Positions 45,281 to 55,471 of a stretch of DNA of 64,000 bases are shown in pieces. The stretch covers positions 189,978-253,977 of the forward strand of contig JAFLBL010000001.1 in NCBI GenBank assembly GCA_017303855.1, given 5' to 3'. A program made the position numbers and the translations under genes. The notes under the pieces are model-generated. The model was not told where the DNA came from, searched no databases, and saw only the letters and a list, made by a program, of their open reading frames with translations. Within the stretch, counting starts at the first letter, position 1; every line of letters starts with the position of its first letter. The DNA comes from Chitinophagales bacterium. Its GTDB lineage: Bacteria > Bacteroidota > Bacteroidia > Chitinophagales > Chitinophagaceae.

Positions 45281-46489
45281 TTATTGACCGACAGTAATGG
45301 TTTGTATCATCTTCTTCGCTACAGGTCTATCATTTAAAAGGGCTGGTTCCCAGGTACCCATTTTTTCAAGGCGGGCAATCAGTTCTTCATTGAAATCTTC
45401 CCCATTCCGGAAGCCCTTCAGCACTTTAATATTAACAGGGACACCGTCTTTATCAATGATGAATTCTACCTGTACAAATGCTTTCAGCATACCCTGGGGC
45501 AGATAGGATGTCAGCTCTTTTCCCAATTGATCCAGGTATTTCATAAACGCCTCTCCCCCTCCGGGAAACAGCGGCCACTGGTGTACCGCTTCCGCCAAAA
45601 TTTCAATATCACGGACACGGTGCGCCACGGGTATACGTTTTACCGGCTTTTTCACTTCAGCTGCTTCTGTTTGTTTAGGCCGTCGGGGAGCCGCTTCATT
45701 AATCAGGTATTCTCCTTTTTCCCCAATCATTACTACGGGAACCTGGTGAAATTTCTCGAAATAATCAAACGCGTCTTCCAGCCGGTCAGCAAATTTCTTC
45801 AGCTCCGGATCTTCCTTGGTCAGACTTTCCAGGTACTTCACGCTTTTCTCCACGTTAAACCGGATCGGGAAAATATGTACGGGAATAAAATCCTGCCCCT
45901 GGCTTTTGGCATGTGCGGCCAGAATATACAATTCATCAATCTGCTGATCAGTAATCGGAATACAACCCACCGTTACACAACTTCCATGGATATAAATTTC
46001 ACTCCCGGGCTTCAATGAATCACTCAGCAGCTTATCGGATGCATTCGGGTAATTGAGCCCGAGCGACAAATAATAAGAACTTTTCGGGTTGAATTCATTG
46101 ATATAATAAAATCCTTCCGGCACCTGGTAATCCCCCTGCATCCGTTTGGGGCCCAATGAACCGGCCAAAGCACAAACTTTATAGGTTTTGAATAACTGAA
46201 AAGGATCCGTCAGTTTGTCCTTCACCCATACTTCCAGCTGACTGTCATATTTGAATGAACGTATATACATGTAGCGGGCAGGCCACTGGATTTTCTTTGC
46301 TTCAAACTGTTTCTTCAGGGTATCTTCCTTTCGTTCCAGGGCTTCTCCAGGCCTGGGAAATGATTTCTGGTAATCAATAAATGAATACGCATTTGCACCG
46401 CCTTTATTCAGATTGGCGGAAGGTGGTTGTGCCTGCAGGAAAATACCTGCCAGGAGGGCAACGGTAAATAAAATGAGTTGTTTCTGCAT
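45281..46489 (-). CDS. YafK-like L,D-transpeptidase-fold domain fused to a TonB C-terminal-like domain
   Basis: 402 aa with a signal peptide. GDYQVPEGFYYI and IYIHGSCVTVGCIPI (HG..GC catalytic motif) are present. The C-terminal PLFPGGGEAFMKYL...VEFIIDKDGVPVNIKVLKG resembles TonB_C. Confidence 0.7.
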   Translation of the reverse strand: MQKQLILFTVALLAGIFLQAQPPSANLNKGGANAYSFIDYQKSFPRPGEALERKEDTLKKQFEAKKIQWPARYMYIRSFKYDSQLEVWVKDKLTDPFQLFKTYKVCALAGSLGPKRMQGDYQVPEGFYYINEFNPKSSYYLSLGLNYPNASDKLLSDSLKPGSEIYIHGSCVTVGCIPITDQQIDELYILAAHAKSQGQDFIPVHIFPIRFNVEKSVKYLESLTKEDPELKKFADRLEDAFDYFEKFHQVPVVMIGEKGEYLINEAAPRRPKQTEAAEVKKPVKRIPVAHRVRDIEILAEAVHQWPLFPGGGEAFMKYLDQLGKELTSYLPQGMLKAFVQVEFIIDKDGVPVNIKVLKGFRNGEDFNEELIARLEKMGTWEPALLNDRPVAKKMIQTITVGQ

Positions 46490-46584
46490 GTCCGGAAATC
46501 AGTCAACGGCCCAGTCGGCTCTTTGTTATTTAGTTACTGCTAAAACATTGTAAATATACTCAAAAACCATGCGGCACCGGGCAT

Positions 46585-46632
46585 AAAAAAAGTACACAGG
46601 GGGTGAATAAGCTCTTTCCCTGCGTACTTTTC
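46585..46632 (-). terminator. intrinsic terminator of hppD
   Basis: The minus strand reads AGTACGCAGGG...CCCTGTGTACT (11 bp including one G-U) followed by T7. Confidence 0.65.
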
Positions 46633-46643
46633 ATCAACCGGAA

Positions 46644-47771
46644 TCAGAGATTTCCCCTGGCCTCCTGTTCACGCTCAATGGCTTCAAAAAGGGCTTTGAA
46701 ATTACCCTTGCCAAAACTCTTTGCTCCTTTACGCTGGATTATTTCAAAAAATAATGTCGGACGATCTTCTACCGGCTTGGAAAAAAGCTGCAGCAGGTAC
46801 CCTTCATTGTCCCGATCCACCAGTATCCCTAATTCCCGTAACGGGGCAAGGTCTTCATCAATATGTCCGACCCTGTCAAGCAGGTCATCATAGTAAGTAG
46901 TTGGCACTTTCAGAAATTCAACCCCGCGCGACTGAAGTTCGGTAACCGTTTTTACGATATCATTGGTGGCAAGAGCCACGTGCTGGCAACCTTCCCCATT
47001 GTAAAAATCCAGGTATTCCTCCACCTGGCTTTTCTTCTTCCCTTCGGCCGGCTCATTGATCGGAAACTTTACAAAGCCATTCCCGCTGCTCATCACTTTA
47101 CTCATCAGTGCCGAATATTCGGTGGAGATATCCTCATCATCAAATGAAAGAATATTTTTAAACCCCATCACTTCTTCATAAAATTTTACCCATGGATTCA
47201 TCTGGTTCCAGTTAACATTCCCCACACAGTGATCCACATATAACAGCCCCGTATCAGTGGGTTTAAAATGCGGGTTACTCCATGCCCTGTAGCCCGGCAT
47301 GAAAATCCCCTTGTAATTTTTTCGTTCTATAAACAGATGTACCGTATCACCATAGGTATGGATACCGCTCATGACCAGTTCTCCGTCTCCATCGTTCAAA
47401 CGAACGGGTTCCATATACGAGCGGGCCCCTCTTTTGGTGGTCTCTTCCCAGGCAAGCGTGGCATCAGGCACCCGTAGAGAAAGGGCTTTCACCCCATCCC
47501 CGTGTTTATAAATATGATCCGCAACCGGATTGCCTGTTCTCAACGGAGTTGTCAGTACAAAAGTGAGCTTGTGTTGCCTTACCGCGTAACTGGCCCGGTC
47601 TTTCATACCTGTCTCGGGACCCGCATAGGCCAGGGCCTGAAAACCAAATGCACTCATGTAATAATGAGCGGCCTGTTTGGCATTGCCCACATAAAATTCA
47701 ACATAATCGGTTCCTTCAAGTGGCAGGAAATCGGCGGTGATTGGCTGTATTGTTTCGTTGGTTGTTTGCAT
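46644..47771 (-). CDS. hppD: 4-hydroxyphenylpyruvate dioxygenase
   Basis: 375 aa with two VOC-fold halves. It has GCQHVALATNDI and the C-terminal FFEIIQRKGAKSFGKGNFKALFEAIEREQ. Confidence 0.9.
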   Translation of the reverse strand: MQTTNETIQPITADFLPLEGTDYVEFYVGNAKQAAHYYMSAFGFQALAYAGPETGMKDRASYAVRQHKLTFVLTTPLRTGNPVADHIYKHGDGVKALSLRVPDATLAWEETTKRGARSYMEPVRLNDGDGELVMSGIHTYGDTVHLFIERKNYKGIFMPGYRAWSNPHFKPTDTGLLYVDHCVGNVNWNQMNPWVKFYEEVMGFKNILSFDDEDISTEYSALMSKVMSSGNGFVKFPINEPAEGKKKSQVEEYLDFYNGEGCQHVALATNDIVKTVTELQSRGVEFLKVPTTYYDDLLDRVGHIDEDLAPLRELGILVDRDNEGYLLQLFSKPVEDRPTLFFEIIQRKGAKSFGKGNFKALFEAIEREQEARGNL

Positions 47772-48028
47772 ACATAATCCTGTTTGCCCGTCAGGGCGGT
47801 TAATAAAATGAGTATATCCGGAGTCAGACGGTCTGGTGCGTCAGAAAAGCACCTGTATTAAAACAGGCTATCCATGGCCAACGCCTGCATGAGCAGACTG
47901 AATTGACCGCGTGTATCGGAGAATAGTTTATGCGGATAGTCGGGGATCACCGGTTAAAGGTAGAAACTTTTTAAAAAAGACAGCCCTGTCTGTAAAATTT
48001 ACCGGGGAGAACTAAAGCGGCAAATCAG

Positions 48029-48036
48029 TAATTTTG
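48029..48036 (+). promoter_or_regulatory. candidate -7 promoter box (TAatTTTG) for purK
   Basis: Matches TAnnTTTG, 45 nt before the ATG at 48082. Confidence 0.4.
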
Positions 48037-48081
48037 GGCCATTGCGGTGAAACTAATAAAGCAGGCAAATCAGCGAAGACT

Positions 48082-49227
48082 ATGACAGCAGATCAAAAAA
48101 AGAAAATACCGGCAATCGGGATTTTAGGGGGCGGACAACTGGGTCGTATGTTGTTGCAGGCTGCGGCCAATTACCCGGTAACAGTGCATGTTTTGGAAAA
48201 TGATGCCGACTGCCCTTCTGCTCATTTATGTCATCATTTCACCAAAGGAGATATCCGGGATTTTGATGCAGTATACAACTTTGGTAAAAATTTAGATGCC
48301 CTTACCATAGAGATTGAAAATGTGAACGTTGAAGCCCTGGAAAAACTTGAAAAAGAAGGCGTGAAGATATTTCCGAAACCGGCGGTGCTGCGTACGATCA
48401 AGAACAAAATCCGGCAAAAAGAATATTACCGGGATCATCAGATTCCTACATCCGCCTTTATAATCACTGAAAATCTCCGTGAACTGGAAGAGGCGGCCGG
48501 CTTTATACCGGCAGTACATAAAATCGGTGAAGGAGGTTACGATGGTAAAGGTGTGCAACTGATCCGTACCCGGGAAGACCTGGTTAAAGGATTTGACAGC
48601 CCTTCTGTGTTGGAAAAACTGGTTCCAATACAGAAAGAAATTGCACAGATGGTAGCCATAAATGAAAAAGGGGAAACCGCCCTCTACCCACCGGTTGAAA
48701 TGCTGTTTGACCCTGAACTGAACCTGTTGGATTACCAGCTCTGCCCTGCCGAGCTGAGTACCCAGACACTTTACAAAGTAGAAGCCATAGCGCTTACGGT
48801 GGTGCGCAATTTTAAATCGCCCGGCATATTTGCCGTTGAAATGTTTGTGGATACCAACGGCGATGTACTGGTGAATGAAACAGCCCCCCGCGTACATAAC
48901 AGCGGACATCATACCATTGAAGCACATTATTGTTCACAGTTCGATATGCTCTGGCGGGTGATACTTGATTACCCGCTGGGAAATACGGACGCCCTGCTGC
49001 CATCCATCATGGTTAATATCATAGGTTCGGACGGACATAGCGGCGATGTCCGATATGAAGGACTGGAAGAAGTTTTGAAAATGGACAACGCATTTGTTCA
49101 TTTATACGGAAAAATGCAAACCAAACCCGGCCGGAAAATGGGGCATGTAACGGTGTTGAGTCATGAAAAACAGGATCTCCTGCATAAATCAAACCGGATA
49201 AAGCGGACCCTTTTGCCAAAAACCTGA
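48082..49227 (+). CDS. purK: 5-(carboxyamino)imidazole ribonucleotide synthase
   Basis: ATG at 48082 (the track start at 48034 is TTG). It has IGILGGGQLGRM and an ATP-grasp core (GYDGKGV, NETAPRVHNSGH). Confidence 0.9.
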   Translation: MTADQKKKIPAIGILGGGQLGRMLLQAAANYPVTVHVLENDADCPSAHLCHHFTKGDIRDFDAVYNFGKNLDALTIEIENVNVEALEKLEKEGVKIFPKPAVLRTIKNKIRQKEYYRDHQIPTSAFIITENLRELEEAAGFIPAVHKIGEGGYDGKGVQLIRTREDLVKGFDSPSVLEKLVPIQKEIAQMVAINEKGETALYPPVEMLFDPELNLLDYQLCPAELSTQTLYKVEAIALTVVRNFKSPGIFAVEMFVDTNGDVLVNETAPRVHNSGHHTIEAHYCSQFDMLWRVILDYPLGNTDALLPSIMVNIIGSDGHSGDVRYEGLEEVLKMDNAFVHLYGKMQTKPGRKMGHVTVLSHEKQDLLHKSNRIKRTLLPKT

Positions 49228-49371
49228 TCTGCTTCCCTTTATCATATTGGGCAACCACTCATAATTCAATCTGTTCCGGTGAAGGAAAGGGGAAATTTTT
49301 GCGTCTAATAGCTAAACTTTTACAGTTACCTTTATAGCCCGTTTTTATTACCAATTGCCGCTTACATACAC

Positions 49372-50436
49372 ATGAGAATCATTACACATACACTTGTTGT
49401 TTTTTCCGTATTATTAACCGTTTCCTGCGGAGAAAAGAAAAACAAGATTGCCCCGCCGCAAGCCGGAACTCCCGGCGCTAAAGCACCCGTTATGCGGGTT
49501 GATGCCTATATCGTAAGACAAGAGTCCTTTGGAGAATCTATTGAAGTACCTGGAAATATTGTTTCGAATGAAATGGTGGAGGTACACCCCGAAGTATCCG
49601 GACGTATTGTTTACCTGAACCTGTCTGAAGGAAAATACATCGGCAAAGGCACTCTGCTCGCCAAATTATATGATGGCGACCTGCAGGCACAGTTAAAAAA
49701 ACTGCAGGTACAACTGGCCCTGGCTGAAAAAACAGAAGAGCGTCAATCACAATTGCTCAAAATCCAGGGTATCAGTCAGCAGGATTATGATATCAGTCTG
49801 CTCCAGGTCAACAACCTGAAAGCGGATATTGGAATTATACAAACCAGTATAGCAAAAACAGAAGTAAGGGCTCCATTTGGCGGAAAACTGGGACTGCGGA
49901 ATATCAGTACCGGCGCCTATGTATCACCGGCCTCTGTTATTGCAGTTATCAATCAGACCGACCAGCTCAAACTTGATTTTTCAGTTCCGGAGAAATATAC
50001 GGCCCAGATTAAATCAGGTCAAACGATCACTTTCAGTTTTGAGGGATCCGAAAAAACACATACAGCCCGGATTGTCGCAACGGAATCTAATGTTACAGAA
50101 AACACACGGAGTTTGCTGGTCAGGGCGCAGGTTACCGGAAAAGATAATAATCTGTTACCCGGAGCCTTTGCCAAAGTGCAACTGACATTTGCCCCGGATA
50201 CAAATGCTTTGCTGATTCCCACACAAGCTGTTTTGCCGCAAGCCAGGGGGAAAAAAGCAGTATTGATCAAAAACGGGTTGGCCAGTTTCACTGATATTGT
50301 TACCGGAGTCAGAGACTCTTCCCGTATCCAGATTCTGGAAGGATTAAAAACGGGTGATACGGTTGTTGTTACAGGATTGCTGAGTATCCGTCCTGATGTA
50401 CCCGTACAGGCTGGCAAGATCATTAATAATAAATAG
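49372..50436 (+). CDS. efflux RND transporter periplasmic adaptor subunit
   Basis: 354 aa with lipobox LLTVSC. It has the coiled-coil hairpin and beta-barrel pattern of the HlyD/MFP family. Confidence 0.9.
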   Translation: MRIITHTLVVFSVLLTVSCGEKKNKIAPPQAGTPGAKAPVMRVDAYIVRQESFGESIEVPGNIVSNEMVEVHPEVSGRIVYLNLSEGKYIGKGTLLAKLYDGDLQAQLKKLQVQLALAEKTEERQSQLLKIQGISQQDYDISLLQVNNLKADIGIIQTSIAKTEVRAPFGGKLGLRNISTGAYVSPASVIAVINQTDQLKLDFSVPEKYTAQIKSGQTITFSFEGSEKTHTARIVATESNVTENTRSLLVRAQVTGKDNNLLPGAFAKVQLTFAPDTNALLIPTQAVLPQARGKKAVLIKNGLASFTDIVTGVRDSSRIQILEGLKTGDTVVVTGLLSIRPDVPVQAGKIINNK

Positions 50437-50448
50437 CAGGGGCCCTTT

Positions 50449-53400
50449 ATGAATATTTCCGCATTAAGCTTACAGCGTCCGGTACTGGCCATCGTGATGA
50501 ATATCGCGATCGTGCTTTTCGGTCTTATCGGATTCAAATTTCTCGGCGTGCGCGATTATCCGGCAATTGATCCGCCGAATATCAGTGTACGTACTTCCTA
50601 TCCTGGCGCCAATGCCGATATCATCGAAACACAGATCACCGAACCATTGGAAAAAGCGATCAATGGAATTGCGGGAGTGAAAAACATAACTTCTACCAGC
50701 AGTAACGGGACCAGCAATATAAACGTGGAGTTTGAACTGAGTGTGGATCTGGAAGCGGCCGCTAATGATGTACGCGATAAGGTTTCCCAGGCACAACGTT
50801 CACTTCCCAATGACCTGGACGGGCCTCCCGTTGTATCCAAAGCCGATGCCAGTTCCGACCCCATTCTCTCCATGACCGTACAAAGCAATACCAGGAATCA
50901 GCTGGAGATGACGGAATACGCGAATAATGTATTGGTGGAAAGACTGCAGACGATTCCGGGTGTGAGCGGCATCCAGATCTGGGGCGAAAAAAGATATGCC
51001 ATGCGGATCTGGATTGATCCGGCCAAACTGATTGCCTATAATGTTACGGCCGGTGATGTGCAGGCTGCTTTACTTCGGGAGAACGTGGAACTGCCCTCCG
51101 GGAAAATTTCCGGAAACGCTACCGAACTTACGGTGCGCACATTCGGACGGCTGAATACAGAAGAAGAATTTGACAACCTGATTGTAAAAAACACAGGCGG
51201 GGCTGATATCAAACTCAAAGATGTGGCGCAGGCCGTTTTGGGGCCGGAGAACGAAGAAACCGTATTGAAAGGAAATGGTATTCCCATGATCGCCCTGGCG
51301 GTAATTCCCCAACCCGGTTCAAACTATGTAGCAATATCCGATGAATTTTACAAACGCCTCGATCAGATCAGGAAAGATGTACCTGCCGATGTAAAAATCA
51401 ATATCGCACTGGATCAGACAAAATTCATTAAGAAGTCCATCCTGGAAGTACAGGAAACCCTGATGATCGCTTTTATACTGGTTGTGATGATCATCTATGC
51501 ATTCTTCCGCGACTGGATTATTGCCCTGCGGCCTTTGATAGATATTCCGGTATCCCTGATCGGAGCTTTCTTTATCATGTACCTGATGGGATTTACCATC
51601 AACGTATTGTCCCTGCTGGCCATCGTACTAGCCACCGGCCTGGTAGTGGACGACGGTATTGTAGTTACGGAAAATATTTATAAGCGGATTGAAAAAGGCA
51701 TGAACAAATACCAGGCGGCACTGGAAGGATCAAAAGAAATTTACTTTGCCGTTATTGCCACATCCATCACGCTTGCCATTGTATTTCTGCCGATCATCTT
51801 TCTTCAGGGTTTTACCGGACGATTATTCCGTGAATTCGGAATCGTTGTTGCCGGCGCGGTGCTGATCTCCGCCTTTGTGTCGCTTACCCTCACGCCGGTG
51901 CTGAACGTAAAACTGACCAGGAAGAATATGACCAAACATCCCTGGTTCTATACAAAGACGGAGCCATTCTTCCGTTGGATGGAAAACGGATATCAATCGG
52001 CCCTGCGTGGTTTTATGAAAATACGGAGCATGGCATTTGTCCTGATCCTGCTTTGTGTTGCCGCTATCATTTTTGTAGGCCGGACCTTGCAATCCGAACT
52101 GGCCCCCATGGAAGACCGCAGTCAGTTCCGCTTACAATTAACGGCACCGGAAGGCACCTCCTACGATGCCATGGATAAATTTGTAAACCGGCTGACCTAC
52201 CTGATGCTGGATTCAGTTCCTGAAAAAGACATGGTACTGAGTGTTACCTCTCCGGGATTCGCGGGAACCGGGAATGCCAATACGGGGTTTGTACGGGTAA
52301 CCCTGGTACCACCGACAGATCGTGTAAGAAGCCAGGCCGATATTGTAAAAATGGTAAATAAGAACATGCCCCGTTATAACGAAGGCCGTGCATTTGCCAT
52401 CGAGGAGCAAACAATTTCGCAGGGCCGCCGTGGCGGACAACCCGTATCATTCGTATTGCAGAATAATAATTTCGATAAGCTTACGAAGATCCTGCCTAAA
52501 TTTCTGGAGGAAGTAAGACAGAGTAAAATTCTTACCAATGCGGATATTGACCTGAAATTTAATAAACCGGAGCTCCGTGTTGAAATTGACCGGTTAAAAG
52601 CGGCACAACTTGGTATTTCAGTTACTGATATATCACAAACGCTGCAACTGGCCTATAGTAACCGCCGGCTGGGTTATTTCACCAAAGACGGGAAACAGTA
52701 CCAGGTTATGGGGCAGGTTGCCCGAAATGACCGTGATGAACCCAATGATCTTAAAACATTATTTGTACGGAATAACCGGAGTGAACTGATCAGCCTGGAT
52801 AACCTGGTAACTGTAAGCGAATCCAACACCCCTCCATCCATCTATCATTTCAACCGCTACAAATCGGCCACCGTAAGTGCCGGCCTGCAGCCCGGTTTCA
52901 CAATTGGAGATGGCATTGAAGAAATGGAAAAGATTTCAAAAAAATTACTGGATGAAACTTTTTCAACAGCACTCTCCGGTACATCCCGTGATTTTAAAGA
53001 AAGCAGCAGTAATATCCTGTTCGCCCTGCTCCTGGCGATTGTACTGATCTACCTGGTACTGGCCGCCCAGTTTGAAAGTTTTATTGACCCTTTCATTATA
53101 CTTACAACAGTACCGCTGGCCTTTGCCGGGGCCGTACTTTCTCTTTCCATATTCGGCCACACATTGAACATCTTTTCCCAGATCGGCATGATTATGTTGA
53201 TTGGACTCGTAACCAAAAACGGTATCCTGATCGTGGAATTCGCCAATCAAAGCCGGCTGAAAGGAATGAAAAAATCGGAAGCTGTAATCCATGCCGCCAC
53301 ACAACGATTCAGACCCATTCTGATGACCAGTCTGGCCATGTCACTCGGCGCATTGCCGCTGGCCTTGTCACTCGGCGCCGCGGCTACAAGCCGGATACCA

Positions 53401-53565
53401 TTGGGAGTGGTGATTGTAGGAGGCATTCTATTTTCCCTGGTATTCACCCTGTTTGTAGTACCCGCCATTTACTCCTTCCTCTCCTCCAGCCACAGAAAAA
53501 GTGAAGTGGAGCAATTTATTCATCCTGCTGCCGGAACCGTAACCACGGAACCGGAACAGGCATAA
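50449..53565 (+). CDS. efflux RND transporter permease (AcrB/HAE1-like)
   Basis: 1038 aa with 12 TM segments and two large periplasmic loops. It has the conserved N-terminus RPVLAIVMNIAIVLFG and the VVDDGIVVTENI motif. Confidence 0.95.
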   Translation: MNISALSLQRPVLAIVMNIAIVLFGLIGFKFLGVRDYPAIDPPNISVRTSYPGANADIIETQITEPLEKAINGIAGVKNITSTSSNGTSNINVEFELSVDLEAAANDVRDKVSQAQRSLPNDLDGPPVVSKADASSDPILSMTVQSNTRNQLEMTEYANNVLVERLQTIPGVSGIQIWGEKRYAMRIWIDPAKLIAYNVTAGDVQAALLRENVELPSGKISGNATELTVRTFGRLNTEEEFDNLIVKNTGGADIKLKDVAQAVLGPENEETVLKGNGIPMIALAVIPQPGSNYVAISDEFYKRLDQIRKDVPADVKINIALDQTKFIKKSILEVQETLMIAFILVVMIIYAFFRDWIIALRPLIDIPVSLIGAFFIMYLMGFTINVLSLLAIVLATGLVVDDGIVVTENIYKRIEKGMNKYQAALEGSKEIYFAVIATSITLAIVFLPIIFLQGFTGRLFREFGIVVAGAVLISAFVSLTLTPVLNVKLTRKNMTKHPWFYTKTEPFFRWMENGYQSALRGFMKIRSMAFVLILLCVAAIIFVGRTLQSELAPMEDRSQFRLQLTAPEGTSYDAMDKFVNRLTYLMLDSVPEKDMVLSVTSPGFAGTGNANTGFVRVTLVPPTDRVRSQADIVKMVNKNMPRYNEGRAFAIEEQTISQGRRGGQPVSFVLQNNNFDKLTKILPKFLEEVRQSKILTNADIDLKFNKPELRVEIDRLKAAQLGISVTDISQTLQLAYSNRRLGYFTKDGKQYQVMGQVARNDRDEPNDLKTLFVRNNRSELISLDNLVTVSESNTPPSIYHFNRYKSATVSAGLQPGFTIGDGIEEMEKISKKLLDETFSTALSGTSRDFKESSSNILFALLLAIVLIYLVLAAQFESFIDPFIILTTVPLAFAGAVLSLSIFGHTLNIFSQIGMIMLIGLVTKNGILIVEFANQSRLKGMKKSEAVIHAATQRFRPILMTSLAMSLGALPLALSLGAAATSRIPLGVVIVGGILFSLVFTLFVVPAIYSFLSSSHRKSEVEQFIHPAAGTVTTEPEQA

Positions 53566-53580
53566 TCACTAACAACAGCT

Positions 53581-54909
53581 ATGAAACGAATTCTGGTTTC
53601 CTTATTTTTTTTCAGCGGCTATTATGCGGAAGCACAACGTATACTCACACTGGATGAAGCCATCGCAACCGCATTGAAAAACAATTACTCGATTCAGCTT
53701 TCCCGCAACGATTCCATGCTGGCGCAGCTGAATAACAGTTACCGGAACGCCGCCTTTTACCCTACCTTGAATGCAAATGCAGGTGTAACATTTAATAATA
53801 ATGATCAGTTACAGAAATTTTCGGATGGCACCACACGTGAAAGAAACGGGGTAAAGTCATCGAATCTGCAGGCAGCACTCTCTCTGAACTGGACTTTGTT
53901 TGACGGTATGAAAATGTTTGCTACCCGGGATAAAGTGGCCGAATTTGTAAAACTGGGAGAGCTTGGCATTAAAAACCAGGTAGTAAATACCGTGGCCGAA
54001 GTCATCAACACCTATTACAATATCGTACGGCTGAAACAACAGGTAAAAGCGGTGGATGAGCAGATCGCCATCAACGAAGAAAGAGTAAAACTCGCCGCTT
54101 ACAAACTCGATATCGGTGTAGGCGCCAAACCGGATGTATTACAAAGTAAAGTAGATCTGAATGCGCAGAAAGCGCTCAAACTGGAACAGACAAACGCCAT
54201 CGAACAGCAGAAGGAAATCCTGAATCAGTTGCTGAATGCAAAATCGGCAACAACGGAAGCTCCATCGTCTTTTTTTGAAGTAAGTGATTCCATTCCGATC
54301 AATACCGGCATTTTGCTGGCAGACATACAAGATGGCATGACGGCCGGCAATCCGCAATTATTGCTGGCAAAAAAGAATATTGAAATAGCACGCCTTACAC
54401 TGAAAGAAAGAATCGCCGACCGCTATCCGACCGTTGGATTCGGTTCCAATTACAATTTCACGAAGACCGATAACAAAGCGGTTGTAAATCCCTTCCAACC
54501 GCTTTTCAGCCGTAACAAAGGCTTCAATTATGGTTTTACCGCCAGTATCCCGATCTTTAACCGGTACAATGTCAAACGACAGATTCAGCAGGCACAACTG
54601 GATATTAATTATCAGCAATTGGTGTATGACAATCAGCAATCACTGCTCAACCTGAACGTGATTAACGCGTTTAAAGATTATGAGCAACAGAAAAAAGCAT
54701 TATTGCTGGAGGAAGAAAATATTGTACTGGCCCGGGAAAACGTAAACATTGTATTGCAGGTATATAAACTGAATTCCACTACCCTGATTCAGCTGAAAGA
54801 AGCCCAGTTAAGTCTTCAGCAGGCGTATAACCGGCTGATTGCCGCACGTTATAACGCGAAGCTGGCAGAGACGGAATTATTGCGGCTCAAAGGCGAACTG
54901 GTTAAATAG
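53581..54909 (+). CDS. TolC family outer membrane efflux protein
   Basis: 442 aa with a signal peptide and two internally repeated helical/beta halves. It is the third gene of the efflux operon. Confidence 0.85.
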   Translation: MKRILVSLFFFSGYYAEAQRILTLDEAIATALKNNYSIQLSRNDSMLAQLNNSYRNAAFYPTLNANAGVTFNNNDQLQKFSDGTTRERNGVKSSNLQAALSLNWTLFDGMKMFATRDKVAEFVKLGELGIKNQVVNTVAEVINTYYNIVRLKQQVKAVDEQIAINEERVKLAAYKLDIGVGAKPDVLQSKVDLNAQKALKLEQTNAIEQQKEILNQLLNAKSATTEAPSSFFEVSDSIPINTGILLADIQDGMTAGNPQLLLAKKNIEIARLTLKERIADRYPTVGFGSNYNFTKTDNKAVVNPFQPLFSRNKGFNYGFTASIPIFNRYNVKRQIQQAQLDINYQQLVYDNQQSLLNLNVINAFKDYEQQKKALLLEEENIVLARENVNIVLQVYKLNSTTLIQLKEAQLSLQQAYNRLIAARYNAKLAETELLRLKGELVK

Positions 54910-54938
54910 CCGGTAGTCAATACATGGAACTTTGTTCT

Positions 54939-54946
54939 TACATTTG
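54939..54946 (+). promoter_or_regulatory. candidate -7 promoter box (TAcaTTTG) for purE
   Basis: Matches TAnnTTTG, 12 nt before the ATG at 54959. Confidence 0.45.
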
Positions 54947-54958
54947 AAAAAAGAAGAT

Positions 54959-55471
54959 ATGCAACCTCTGATTGGTATTATAATGGGAAGTGACAGTGAC
55001 CTGAATGTAATGCAGGCGGCTTCAGATATTCTGAAACAGTTTGCCATTCCCCACGAGGTAACAGTGGTTTCGGCACACCGTACGCCTCACCGGATGATTG
55101 AATACGCAGAGAAAGCAAAAGACCGGGGGTTAAAAGTCATAATTGCAGGGGCCGGAGGCGCGGCTCACCTTCCCGGCATGGTAGCATCCGTTACTATTTT
55201 ACCTGTAATAGGGGTACCGATTAAATCATCAAATTCTATTGACGGTTGGGATTCCGTTTTATCCATACTTCAAATGCCTAATGGCGTACCGGTAGGAACA
55301 GTAGCTCTCAATGCCGCAAAAAATGCGGGGATACTGGCCGCAGAAATTCTCGGCACTTTCGACGAGGACATTGCTGAAAAAATTGCCACTTATAAATCAA
55401 ACATGAATAATGAAGTGATCGAAAAAGTGGAAAAACTGAAACAGCAGGGCTGGGAAAACAAATTTGATTAA
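54959..55471 (+). CDS. purE: 5-(carboxyamino)imidazole ribonucleotide mutase
   Basis: ATG at 54959 (the track start is TTG). It has [18 protein letters not shown] and [13 protein letters not shown]. Confidence 0.9.
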   Translation: MQPLIGIIMGSDSDLNVMQAASDILKQFAIPHEVTVVSAHRTPHRMIEYAEKAKDRGLKVIIAGAGGAAHLPGMVASVTILPVIGVPIKSSNSIDGWDSVLSILQMPNGVPVGTVALNAAKNAGILAAEILGTFDEDIAEKIATYKSNMNNEVIEKVEKLKQQGWENKFD

